Source: an uncultured Actinomycetes bacterium
GTDB taxonomy: Bacteria > Actinomycetota > Thermoleophilia > Solirubrobacterales > 70-9
Assembly (NCBI GenBank): GCA_963832085.1
Contig: CAWHSU010000003.1
Span: 22,229 to 86,228 of the forward strand
Length of the DNA: 64,000 nt
Direction of reading: 5' to 3'
Positions 45,533 through 54,827 of the stretch are shown here, one piece after another. Numbering within the stretch: position 1 is the stretch's first letter; each line of letters opens with the position of its first letter. Under the pieces are notes generated by a model. It was not told where the DNA came from. It was given only the letters and a program-made list of their open reading frames with translations, and did no database searches. A program made the position numbers and the translations under genes.

Positions 45533-46833
45533 GCCCGCCCGGTGCGGGAGCGCAGCTTCCGGGGCCGTTCGCCGTCGGTCGCTACGCGCGCAAACTGCAG
45601 GGGTGGATGCGCCAGCGGGCGCGGGTGCAGCTGATCGGCGAGGTGACCGGGATCGGCCGCAGCAAAGTTCAGGCCTACTTCGAGCTGCGCGACGGCGAGG
45701 GCGCGATCCCCTGCGCGATCTGGCTCAACGATCTTGAGAAGGCGGGGCTGAGCGAGACCAGCCTCCGCGACGGGGCCGAAGTCGTGATCTCCGGCGGGCT
45801 CGACTACTACCCCGGCGGCGGCCAGGCCTCGCCCAACTTCTGCTTCCGCGCCACCCACGTGCGGCTGGCGGGGGAGGGGGACCTGATCGCGCGACTGGAG
45901 GCGCTGCGCAAGCAGCTGCGCGCGGAGGGCCTGTTCGAGCTGCAGAAGCAGCTGGCGCGGCCGTTGCTGCCGAAGACGATCGGCGTCGTCACCGCGGAGA
46001 CGGGGGCGGCCCGGCGCGACCTCTGCGCGGGGCTGGAGCGGCGGGGCTGGGGAGGGTCGGTGATCTGGGCCTTCGCCCCGGTGCAGGACCGCCACGCCGC
46101 GCCTGCGATCGGGATGGCCCTCCAGGACCTGGCGGCGCGGCCGGAGGTGGAGGCGATCGTCGTCACCCGCGGCGGCGGCAGCCTCGCCGACCTCTGGGCC
46201 TTCTGCGACGAGACGCTCTGCCGCACGGTGGCGATGCTGCGGGTGCCGGTGATCAGCGCCGTCGGCCACGAGCGCGACAGCACCCTGATCGACGACGTCG
46301 CCGCTGTCGCCTGCTCGACGCCCACCCACGCCGCCGAAGCGGCGGTGCCGCTCGACTGCCTGGCGGCACGAGAGAGCCTCGAGCGCTGCGCGGTGGCGCT
46401 GCGGCGGGCGGGGGAGGGGGCGATCGGGACCCGCTCCCGTCACCTCAGCGCCCTGGCGCGGGGGCCGGCAAGGGCTCTGCAGCGAGAGCGCTCCGCCCTC
46501 AACCAGAAGATCCGCGAGATCCGCGCCGCCGCCGAACGAGGGCTGGCGGACCGGGCTGCTTCGCAGCGGCGGATCGGGACCGTGGTGCTGGAGCGGGCGC
46601 GGCGACGGGCGATCGGCGCCGACATGGAGAAACGGCGGGAGGCCCTGCATCGGGCTACGGTCGCGCTACGCGCCCACGAACCCGAGCGGACGCTGGAGAG
46701 GGGCTACGTCCTGGTCGAGGACCCGGCCGGGGAGCCGCTGACGAGCGCTGCCGAGGCGGGCGCCGCGGAGCGCATTAGCCTTCGCTTTGCCGATGGAAGA
46801 GTCCGAGCGAAACCCGAGCGAGAAGGTGCCTGA
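45514..46833 (+). CDS. xseA: exodeoxyribonuclease VII large subunit
   Basis: An OB-fold N-terminus is followed by IGVVTAETGAARRD, TRGGGSLADLWAFCDE and VISAVGHERD. Confidence 0.85.
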   Translation: MEESQLSPPGAGAQLPGPFAVGRYARKLQGWMRQRARVQLIGEVTGIGRSKVQAYFELRDGEGAIPCAIWLNDLEKAGLSETSLRDGAEVVISGGLDYYPGGGQASPNFCFRATHVRLAGEGDLIARLEALRKQLRAEGLFELQKQLARPLLPKTIGVVTAETGAARRDLCAGLERRGWGGSVIWAFAPVQDRHAAPAIGMALQDLAARPEVEAIVVTRGGGSLADLWAFCDETLCRTVAMLRVPVISAVGHERDSTLIDDVAAVACSTPTHAAEAAVPLDCLAARESLERCAVALRRAGEGAIGTRSRHLSALARGPARALQRERSALNQKIREIRAAAERGLADRAASQRRIGTVVLERARRRAIGADMEKRREALHRATVALRAHEPERTLERGYVLVEDPAGEPLTSAAEAGAAERISLRFADGRVRAKPEREGA

Positions 46834-47050
46834 CTCCTACGAGGCCGCCGTCGAGCGGCTGGAGGAGATCATCGACCGGCTCGACTCCGGCCAGGCAGGG
46901 CTGCGCGAGACGCTTGAGCTCTGCAAGGAGGGGCGGGACCTGGTCGGCTACTGCGCGGCGGAGCTGGACGAGGTCGGCGAGGGCTTGAAAGAGCTGCGGC
47001 TAGACGACTTAGCTGTTCGGCTCGAGGGGGCCGGAGCAGAGACCCCGTAG
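46787..47050 (+). CDS. xseB: exodeoxyribonuclease VII small subunit
   Basis: SYEAAVERLEEIIDRLDSGQAGLRETLELCKEGRDL. It overlaps the xseA 3' end. Confidence 0.8.
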   Translation: MPMEESERNPSEKVPDSYEAAVERLEEIIDRLDSGQAGLRETLELCKEGRDLVGYCAAELDEVGEGLKELRLDDLAVRLEGAGAETP

Positions 47051-50000
47051 GGCGGGGCAGCCGCGGCAGAGGGACCAGTCGCGTTCCTCCGGGGCTGCCA
47101 CCGGGAACTCGCCATGGCTGATCTGGGCGATCGCCTGCTCCAGCGCGGAGCGGGCGGTGGCCATCTCCTCGGCTCCGAGCAGGGAGACGGCCGGCTCGTC
47201 TGGTCGCTCGAGGAAGACGTAGACGACCTCGACTTCCTGCGCGCCCAGGGCCTCGGCCACCGCCAGCGCGTAGATCGAGCGCTGCACCTCGTACTTCGCC
47301 GCGCGCTCAGCCGGTTCGACGTCGGCTAGGCGGTCGGTCTTGTAGTCGATCACCAGCGGCGGTTGGCCCTCGCGCTCGACCAGCAGGTCGATCGACCCGC
47401 GCAGGACGGTGCCGCCGACGCCGAGCAGGAGCGGGACCTCGGCGCGGGTGCGGGTCGCGTCCGCCGCGATCCGCTCGCGCAGGGGCGAGTCGATCCACTG
47501 CCGGACCGGCTCGAGCATCTCTGCTCCCGCCTCCTCGGCCAGCCCGTTGGAGACGGCATGGCGCGCGGCCAGCTCCGGCGGCGGCATCGCCCACCCGTTC
47601 GCCTCGCTCCACTCGAGCAGCGCGTGCACCGCGGCCCCGCGAGCCGTCCGCTCCTCGCGCGCCGACGGCAAGATGGCCTCGTCTTCACCGGACGCAGTTG
47701 TCCCCGGTATGCGGGGAGAAGTGCGTTCGCTTTGCGCCAGCCCGAGGACGCGCTCCATGTAGAAGCGGTAGGGGCACTCCTGGTAGGCCGAGATCGCGGT
47801 GTAGGAGAGGGGGCGGCTGGGGACGGTCGGCGGCTGGCGCTCGACCAGGGGCGGCGGACCCTCGCCGAGCTCGCGCTCGGCCGCGTCCATGCGGCGCAGA
47901 GCGCGCAGCTCGGCCGCCCGCCCGGGCGAGGGGAGGTTCACCCGGACCGCTATCTCCGACGGTTCGAACTCGGCCTCCAGGCCGGGCCTTGGGGCGGGGG
48001 CTGCCACCGGCACCGTCGCCTCGGCGTCCCGCGGCACCCCGAGGGCGTCGACGAGGCGCTCGACCACCGGCTTGCCCTTCGTCTCCTTCCCCTCTTTGGG
48101 GTTGACGACGCCGCTGAGGATCAGGTGGCGCCGGGCGCGGGTGGCGGCGACGTGGAACAGGCGCAGCTCCTCTTCGGCTTCCCGCGCCTGCGACTCCTCC
48201 CAGAGGGCGCCGTAGTCGAAGAGGTCGATCTTCGGGCTGCCGAGGCGGACCAGGCGCAGCCCCACCCGCGGCTGCTCCTCGCGGCCGATCGCCAGCAGCG
48301 GCGCGCGATTGCCGCCCAACAGCCGCCGCGAGAGGTCGGGCACGGCGACGACGCCGAACTCGAGGCCCTTGGCGTTGTGGACGGTCATGATCCGCACCCC
48401 GTCGTGGCCCTCGGCCGCGGTCGCCGCCTGCGCCTCGGCTTCGCCCTCGGCCCGGGCGGCGAGGAGATCGAGGAAGCCGCGCAGGTCGCGCCCCTCGCGG
48501 GACTCGAACTCGGCCGCGAGGCGGCCCATCTTGCGGACGTTGGCGAAGCGCGCCTCGCCGGCCGGCCGCGAGAGCACCGCCAGGTCGTAGCCGGTCTCGG
48601 TCACCGCCGCCTCGATCAGGGCGGGCAGCGAGAGCCGCGACCCGCGCTCGCGCAGGCTGCCGACCGCGGCGACGAATTTCGCCAGCAGCTCCCGCTCCGA
48701 GGCCGGGATCCCCTCCAGTCGCTCGGGCTCGACCAGCTCGGCGTCGCCGGCGCCCGCCGCGCGCTCCACCGCCGGCCAGACGTGCCGGCGCTTGCCCGCC
48801 GCTTTGCGCAGCAGCCAGAGCGTGTCGGGGGCGAGGCCGCAGGCGGGGGAGGCGAGGGCACCGAAGAGGGCGTGGTCGTCGAGCGGGTTGGCGATCACCG
48901 CCAGCAGCGCGCAGACATCGGCCACCTGCTGCTGGGACCAGTAGCCGCGCCCGCCGACCACGTAGGGCCGCAGTCCCGCTCGTTCGAGCGAGTCCTCGTA
49001 GGCGTCGAGATGGGTGAAGGCGCGCAGCAGCACCACCATCTCCCCGCGCGGCACGCCTTCGGCGGCCAGCTCGCGCAGCCGCTCGGCGACGAAGCGCGCC
49101 TCCGCCAGGCAGTTGAGCGGGGTGGAGCCGTCGATCGTCGGCTCGAGCTCTATTCCCTCCTCGTCCCAGCCGTCGCGGGCGGTCAGCAGCAGCTCGACGG
49201 CGGGCTCGGTCTCAGCGACTTCTTGCACGGGAAGCGAGAGGTCGCCGGCGCCGACCCGCAGCGGCGTGTATGCCTCGCCCAGCAACGCTTCGCCGCAGAG
49301 GTTGACGGCGCCGATCAGCTCCGGGCGCGAGCGGAAGTTGCCGCTGAGCCGCATCAACTCGGCGTCGGCGCGGCGGTCGATCTCCTCGCGCCGGCGGCGG
49401 AAGACTTCGAGGTCGGCGTGGCGGAAGCCGTAGATCGACTGCAGCTCGTCACCGACCACGATCAGCTCGGTCTTGGGACCGCGCAGCGCCTCGATCAGCC
49501 GCAGCTGCAGCCGGTTCGTGTCCTGGAACTCGTCGACGAGGATCTGACGGAAGCGCGAGCGATAGGCCTCGCCGATCTCGGCCCGCTCCAGCAGCCGCGC
49601 GGCGAGGATCTGCAGGTCCTCGAAGTCGATCCCGGCGCGCCGTTCCTTCGCCGCTCCGAAGCGGGAGGAGAACAGCGCCAGCAGCTCGCCGATATGGCCG
49701 TAGACGACCCCGCCCTCGCCGGCCTCGGCGGTGCGGGCGATCGCGGCGTCAATCGCCTCCTTGTAGGGGGCGAGGGCCTTGGCCTTGCTGCCGGTCCCGA
49801 ACGCGAGCAGCTCGTCGAGGCCGGGCGCGGGGCCGGAGGCGGTCAGTCGCGCCAGCGCTCGCTCGAGCCGCTCCCGTTTCGGGTCGCTCTCCTTCAGCTC
49901 CCCCAGGCACTCGCGGGCGGCCTCGGCGGCCCGGCGCACCGCCGCCTCGGGATCGGCCGGCGGCGGCTCGGGCAGCCGCGGCTCGGCGACGCCGCGGCTG

Positions 50001-50551
50001 CGCAGCTCGGCGTGGATGCCGGCGACCATCGCCCGCAGGTTCTCGAGGTCGTAGGCGGCGACGGTCTCCTCCCGGGCGGCGTCGCCCCCGGCGAGGAACT
50101 CGACCAGGGCGTCGTCGAAGGCCTCCCGCGCGGCGCGGCCGGTCTCCGGCGCGTCGAGCACGCGGAAGCCGGGGTCGACCCCGGCGGCGACGGGGTGGGC
50201 GGCGAGGACGCGGTTGCAGAAGCCGTGGATCGTCGTCACCCAGGCGCCTCCGATCCCCGCCAGGACCGTCGCGGCCCGGGTGGATCCCCGTTCCGCCCGC
50301 CGCGTCAGCTCGGCCCGGATCCGCTGGCGCAGCTCCGCCGCCGCCTTGTCGGTGAAGGTGAAGGCGAGGATCGCGTCGGGGGAGAGGCCGCTGTCGCAGA
50401 CCAGGCGGCAGTAGCGGTCGACCATGACCCCGGTCTTGCCGGTGCCCGCCCCCGCTTCCAGCAGGACGTCCTTGCCGCGCACGGCGATCGCGGCGGCCTG
50501 CTCGGGCGTCGGCTGGCGTGCTGGGGCTGCGGCGACCTGCTCGGTGCTCAC
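47009..50551 (-). CDS. addA: UvrD/Rep-type helicase fused to PD-(D/E)XK nuclease (AddA / AdnB-type subunit)
   Basis: Walker A is EAGAGTGKTG. UvrD motifs are FTFTDKAAAEL, VDEFQDTN and TVHNAKGLEF. The C-terminal nuclease reads IDLLVE...VIDYKTD. Cys motifs are QECPYRF and CRGCPALRGLC. Confidence 0.85.
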   Translation of the reverse strand: MSTEQVAAAPARQPTPEQAAAIAVRGKDVLLEAGAGTGKTGVMVDRYCRLVCDSGLSPDAILAFTFTDKAAAELRQRIRAELTRRAERGSTRAATVLAGIGGAWVTTIHGFCNRVLAAHPVAAGVDPGFRVLDAPETGRAAREAFDDALVEFLAGGDAAREETVAAYDLENLRAMVAGIHAELRSRGVAEPRLPEPPPADPEAAVRRAAEAARECLGELKESDPKRERLERALARLTASGPAPGLDELLAFGTGSKAKALAPYKEAIDAAIARTAEAGEGGVVYGHIGELLALFSSRFGAAKERRAGIDFEDLQILAARLLERAEIGEAYRSRFRQILVDEFQDTNRLQLRLIEALRGPKTELIVVGDELQSIYGFRHADLEVFRRRREEIDRRADAELMRLSGNFRSRPELIGAVNLCGEALLGEAYTPLRVGAGDLSLPVQEVAETEPAVELLLTARDGWDEEGIELEPTIDGSTPLNCLAEARFVAERLRELAAEGVPRGEMVVLLRAFTHLDAYEDSLERAGLRPYVVGGRGYWSQQQVADVCALLAVIANPLDDHALFGALASPACGLAPDTLWLLRKAAGKRRHVWPAVERAAGAGDAELVEPERLEGIPASERELLAKFVAAVGSLRERGSRLSLPALIEAAVTETGYDLAVLSRPAGEARFANVRKMGRLAAEFESREGRDLRGFLDLLAARAEGEAEAQAATAAEGHDGVRIMTVHNAKGLEFGVVAVPDLSRRLLGGNRAPLLAIGREEQPRVGLRLVRLGSPKIDLFDYGALWEESQAREAEEELRLFHVAATRARRHLILSGVVNPKEGKETKGKPVVERLVDALGVPRDAEATVPVAAPAPRPGLEAEFEPSEIAVRVNLPSPGRAAELRALRRMDAAERELGEGPPPLVERQPPTVPSRPLSYTAISAYQECPYRFYMERVLGLAQSERTSPRIPGTTASGEDEAILPSAREERTARGAAVHALLEWSEANGWAMPPPELAARHAVSNGLAEEAGAEMLEPVRQWIDSPLRERIAADATRTRAEVPLLLGVGGTVLRGSIDLLVEREGQPPLVIDYKTDRLADVEPAERAAKYEVQRSIYALAVAEALGAQEVEVVYVFLERPDEPAVSLLGAEEMATARSALEQAIAQISHGEFPVAAPEERDWSLCRGCPALRGLCSGPLEPNS

Positions 50552-53500
50552 CGCTCCTCGCCCTCCTCTTCCTGCTCGTAGCGCGGCGCGCGGTCGCGGC
50601 GGCAGATCGGGGCGAAGGTGCAGTAGGCGGGGCAGACGTCGTGGCCGCGCAGGCCCGGCCGCGGTCCCGGGTCGCGGCGGATCTCGCCGCGCCGCATCCG
50701 GGTGACGATCGTGCCCGCCCGCTGCCGCGTCTCGTCGAGCAGCTCTTTCAGGCCCTCGGGCTCGACGACGTCGCCGCGGTAGAGGTCGTAGCCGGCGAGG
50801 TCCTCGGCCACCTCGGTTGAGACCACGCCGCGAGGGCGGCGTGAGGAGGTGCCCCGCAGCGGGTGGTAGAGGGCCCCGACCGGCTCCGCGCCCCAGTGCT
50901 CGGCGACGGCGAGCAGGTAGAGCGGCAGCTGCAGCTTCGCCCGCTCCTCGAACTTCTCCCGGGGGGTGACCTGACCGGCGAGCTTGTAGTCGATTACGAC
51001 CGCCCGCCCCTCGCGGGAGCGGTCGACGCGGTCGACGGCCCCGTGCAGTCCCCAGCCGCCCAGGTCAAGGGCCGGGCGCTCGGCGTCGGGGTGCTCGCCG
51101 AAGCGCGCCTCCAGCAGCCACGGCTCGAAGCCGCCGGTCTCGCGCTCGGACTCCTCGGCGAGGAAGCGGTCCAGCAGCCGTTCGACCCGGCGGACGATCG
51201 CCCGCTCGGCCGGGTGGGTGCCAAGCTCGCGCTCGACGACGACCGCCGCCACCAGTTCGCGGCCGCGCTCGGTCCAGGCGCCGAGGGTCCCCGGCCGCGG
51301 CAGCGGGTCGCCGCCCGGCCGCTCCCGGTAGAGCCGGTCGAGCGCCTCGTGCATCAGCCCGCCCTGGACCAGCGGGTCCGGGGCGGGGTCGAGCAGCTGC
51401 GGGTCGAGCTCGTGGCCGGCGAACCAGCGGTAGGAGCAGACGTCGAACTCCTCCAGCGTGGTGCCGCCGTAGGCGGGGACCGACGCCAGCGACTCCAGCG
51501 CCGCCGGATTCGTCAACGGTCCGGGCGCGCGGGATGCGGCCTCGACCCGCCGCGCCTCCTCCACCCGCGCGGTCACCCGCGCCGCCAGCTCCCCCTCGAC
51601 TTCGAGCCGGCCCAGCAGGGCGGCGGTGTCGGCGGCGGGACCCTGCGCGGCCAGCGCCCGTGCCAGCTCGTCCTCCGAGGGCGCCTCGGCCGGCGCCACC
51701 ACCACCTGCGCGAGGTCGCGCGTGACCGTGATCTCCTCCTCGACCGGGTCGGAGCCGCTGCCCTCCGGGGCCGGGGCCAGCAGCGCCCGCACGTCGTCGA
51801 TCAGCGGCGAGCGCGCCGTCGCCGCTCCGTCCTCATCGCTGTCGCGGTAGGAGAGGACGAGGCTGCGGCGGGGGAGGGCGAGGCAGGCGGCGAAGAGATA
51901 GCGCTCCTCGGCCTCGCTGTCCCCGCGTGGGTCGAGGCCCAGCGTCTGTCGCTGCGAGTCGGAGAGGAAGGGGTCGGCGCCGCGGTCGCGGCGGGGGAAC
52001 TCGCCGTCCTGCAGGGAGCCGACGACGACGTGGTCGAAGCGGGCGGCGCGGAGGCGGTAGGGGCTGGCGACGCGGACGCGTCCTTCCACCGGGCCCGACC
52101 AGACGCGGAAGTCGAGCTCTTCGATCACCCGCGCCAGCTCGACGGCGCGCGGGGCCAGGTCCCCCAGCTCGGCGAGGTCCGCGAGCGCCGAGGAGATCGC
52201 CGCCGCGGCGCGCAGCTCGAGCCCGTCGCCGCGCTGGGGCTGGGGCCCGTCCTGCTCCTCGCGCAAGGGGCGGGACGCCATCCGCCCCGCCAGGGCCGCG
52301 ACCGCCGCCGCCAGCTCGGCCGGCGAGCGCACGGCCGCCTCGCGCAGCTGCAGGAGGTCGCGTGGTGGCTCTCCATCCTCGCCCTGCCAGAGCAGCAGCG
52401 CGGTCTCGGCGTCGCGGACCCGGCGGCGGCGGATCCGGCGCTCGAACCAGTCGACGCGGCCGGGGGAGAAGCCGGAGGGGCCGCGCAGGTAGCGGAGGAA
52501 GTCGGAGGCGCGGCGGGCGCCGAACTCCGCCTCCAGCAGGGCGATCAGGGCACCGCCGGCGCCCGTCTGGGCGACCGGCAGCTCCGCCTCCAGCGCCGTG
52601 GCGATCCCGTTCGCCTCCAGCGCGGCGGCGACCTCCCCGCCGCGGCGCCCGGGGTCGCGGAGGGCGACCGCGACCTCGTCCGGCTGGGCGCCGCCGTGGA
52701 CGAGGCGGGAGACGTGGGCGGCGATCGCCTCGGCCTCGGCCCGGGTCCCGGCCGAGCGCAGCAGGGTGAGGCTGCCGTCCGCTTCGGCCCGCTTGGGGCG
52801 GGGGGCGCCGAAGGAGACGGTGAGGTTGAAGAGCAGCGGGCTGAGGGTGTTGCCGGGCTCCGCCTCCGTCGCCACCTCCTCCGCCGTGCCGATCCGATCC
52901 CGCAGCTGGCCCAGCAGGCGCCCTCGCGCCGCCAACGCCGCGTTTCCCTCTTCATAAGGGATGGCGACCGTCACCTCGGTCAGCTTGGCGAAGGCGGCGA
53001 GGAGCTCGAACTGGTTCCTGGTCAGGTCGTCGAAGCCGTAGAGGAGCAGCGGGCGCTCGCCCCAGAAAGAGCCGTCGCGCCGCAGCTGGGCGATCGCCTC
53101 GCGGGCGATCCCGTGGGCATCGGCGCGGCCGCTGCGCCGGCGCACCTCCTCGTAGCCGCCGTAGAGCGCGGCGAGGTCGCTGAGGTAGGCGGAGCCCTCG
53201 AGGGTGGCCGCGCTCGCCTCGACCTCCCGCGGTCCGACCCCCGCCGCCTGCAGCTCGTCGAGCAGGCGCTCCAGGGCACCGGCGAAGCGGGGGCGGGTCG
53301 CGGAGCGGCGCAGCGGTCCGAGCCGGCCCCGCCGCGACTCGATCGCCACGGCGACGGCGCGCAGCCGCTGGGCGGGGGAGAGCTCGGCCCCGGGCGGCGA
53401 CCCGGCGGCGGTGGCGACGGTGCGGAAGAGAGCGCCGAAGGTCATCGCCGAGCCACCCAGGAGGGCCCCCTCCGCGCAGAGCTCGCGCTCGAACCAGAAG

Positions 53501-53679
53501 ACGTCGTCGACGGTCGGCAGGACGAGGATGGGGTCGCGATCCAGGCTGGCGGCAAAGGCGCGGCGGATCAGCCCGGCGCGGCCCGAGTTGGGCGGTCCGT
53601 GGATCAGTTTCAGCGGCACTCGCCCGAGCCTAGGGACGGCTCCGGCGTCGCCAGCGCAACGTCCTCCACGACCCCGCAA
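50548..53679 (-). CDS. addB: AddB / AdnA-type helicase-nuclease subunit
   Basis: 4-nt overlap with the downstream helicase gene. N-terminal P-loop is IHGPPNSGRAG. C-terminal nuclease reads GAVDRVD...VVIDYKL. Cys motifs are VCSYRWF and CPAYCTFAPIC. The true start may be the internal GTG giving VPLKLIHGPP. Confidence 0.8.
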   Translation of the reverse strand: MRGRGGRCAGDAGAVPRLGRVPLKLIHGPPNSGRAGLIRRAFAASLDRDPILVLPTVDDVFWFERELCAEGALLGGSAMTFGALFRTVATAAGSPPGAELSPAQRLRAVAVAIESRRGRLGPLRRSATRPRFAGALERLLDELQAAGVGPREVEASAATLEGSAYLSDLAALYGGYEEVRRRSGRADAHGIAREAIAQLRRDGSFWGERPLLLYGFDDLTRNQFELLAAFAKLTEVTVAIPYEEGNAALAARGRLLGQLRDRIGTAEEVATEAEPGNTLSPLLFNLTVSFGAPRPKRAEADGSLTLLRSAGTRAEAEAIAAHVSRLVHGGAQPDEVAVALRDPGRRGGEVAAALEANGIATALEAELPVAQTGAGGALIALLEAEFGARRASDFLRYLRGPSGFSPGRVDWFERRIRRRRVRDAETALLLWQGEDGEPPRDLLQLREAAVRSPAELAAAVAALAGRMASRPLREEQDGPQPQRGDGLELRAAAAISSALADLAELGDLAPRAVELARVIEELDFRVWSGPVEGRVRVASPYRLRAARFDHVVVGSLQDGEFPRRDRGADPFLSDSQRQTLGLDPRGDSEAEERYLFAACLALPRRSLVLSYRDSDEDGAATARSPLIDDVRALLAPAPEGSGSDPVEEEITVTRDLAQVVVAPAEAPSEDELARALAAQGPAADTAALLGRLEVEGELAARVTARVEEARRVEAASRAPGPLTNPAALESLASVPAYGGTTLEEFDVCSYRWFAGHELDPQLLDPAPDPLVQGGLMHEALDRLYRERPGGDPLPRPGTLGAWTERGRELVAAVVVERELGTHPAERAIVRRVERLLDRFLAEESERETGGFEPWLLEARFGEHPDAERPALDLGGWGLHGAVDRVDRSREGRAVVIDYKLAGQVTPREKFEERAKLQLPLYLLAVAEHWGAEPVGALYHPLRGTSSRRPRGVVSTEVAEDLAGYDLYRGDVVEPEGLKELLDETRQRAGTIVTRMRRGEIRRDPGPRPGLRGHDVCPAYCTFAPICRRDRAPRYEQEEEGEER

Positions 53680-53739
53680 ACTGGGGGATTAGCGGGCATC
53701 TTTTGGCGTCATCGGCCGCCTCTAAATTCTGCGCAGACG

Positions 53740-54195
53740 ATGTCACTCTGCTTCGTAGACCCAGCCGACGCCATCCGCGCCATCGCCGACTCCGTCGGGC
53801 GAGAGGCGCGCCGCCAACTCCTCGGGGAGGCGGTGCGGGCGTGGGTGGACGAGATCCCAGACGCAGAGCTCGAGGTTCACTACGCGAAGGCGATCGCCGA
53901 GCTCGACGAGCACGACCTCTCGATGCTCGCCGCCTGGCACGGCTCCCTCGAGTCCGGCCAGCCGGTCCCCAACCGCGACTTCCTCATGGCCGCCTTCGGC
54001 TCCCTCGGCGAGAACCGCCGCGAGGCCCTCAAGCTCGCCGCCGGCTTCCGCGGCGAGGAGGCGGTCGACTCCGGAGTCACCGAGGAGGACGCCCTTGAGC
54101 TGGTCCTCGGCCTCCTCGGCCCACCCCGACTGATGGAGCTCGCCGCCGAGGCGCTCGAGCTCTACGTCTGGGACCGGGCTGGTAGCGACAATTAG
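53740..54195 (+). CDS. hypothetical acidic 151-aa protein
   Basis: ATG 53740 is in the frame of track ORF 50863..54195. The upstream part of that ORF is antisense to addB. No known domain. Confidence 0.45.
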   Translation: MSLCFVDPADAIRAIADSVGREARRQLLGEAVRAWVDEIPDAELEVHYAKAIAELDEHDLSMLAAWHGSLESGQPVPNRDFLMAAFGSLGENRREALKLAAGFRGEEAVDSGVTEEDALELVLGLLGPPRLMELAAEALELYVWDRAGSDN

Positions 54196-54243
54196 TTAGG
54201 GGCAAGGGGGAGAGCTCGAGGGGGTCAAGGCTTAGAAGGCCTG

Positions 54244-54555
54244 GTGATCCTTGCAACGGTGTCCCGGCTGCTCTTCGGCGAGCCCCTTCCAGGCGATTGG
54301 GCGGGCTGGCTCGTCCTCTTGATCGGCATTTGGAGCGGGCTGGGCGTCTTGCAAGTCACTGTTGCGGCTTTCATCGACCAGCACAAGAAGGGACCGATCA
54401 AACTGAGGCTCAGTGGTTATCTCCTGCCCGGGGGTTGGGCCGCATGGGGAGGGCTCTTGATCTACGAGGAGCCCCGGCCTTTTCCAGTCTTGGTCGTTTT
54501 GTTGGGACTGCTGGCGATGCTGGCTTCGGCCAGGGAGCTTCGCCGGAGAGCTTGA
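54244..54555 (+). CDS. hypothetical membrane protein (103 aa)
   Basis: Three hydrophobic helices. It lies in a locally lower-GC segment. Confidence 0.4.
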   Translation: MILATVSRLLFGEPLPGDWAGWLVLLIGIWSGLGVLQVTVAAFIDQHKKGPIKLRLSGYLLPGGWAAWGGLLIYEEPRPFPVLVVLLGLLAMLASARELRRRA

Positions 54556-54583
54556 CGACAAAACATCTACCCGAGGGTGCATA

Positions 54584-54778
54584 ATGAAAGAAATGAAGAC
54601 CAGCGAGAAAACCGACCTTCTGGCAACCGTCATCGGAGTTGTCCTGACTTTGACGGCGGGAACGGGCTTGAGCATTTTGCTCGACGGGTTCGTGCAGGGG
54701 TTCTTGGCTCTCGGCGTTCTGTCTCTTGGATTGATCGTCTTTCTCGTGCGCCGCGATTTCATTTCGATAGAGCTGTAG
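54584..54778 (+). CDS. hypothetical small membrane protein (64 aa)
   Basis: Two hydrophobic helices ([32 protein letters not shown]) in lower-GC context. Confidence 0.4.
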   Translation: MKEMKTSEKTDLLATVIGVVLTLTAGTGLSILLDGFVQGFLALGVLSLGLIVFLVRRDFISIEL

Positions 54779-54827
54779 GAGCCGGTGGCGCCGAACTACA
54801 GGGAGCCGGCTGGCTAAGCTCGCTCCC

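Noticed and set aside
47009-47050. 42-nt convergent overlap between the xseB and addA 3' ends.
   Set aside because: End-on overlaps of this size are common in compact high-GC genomes. No structure or motif was noted in the overlap.
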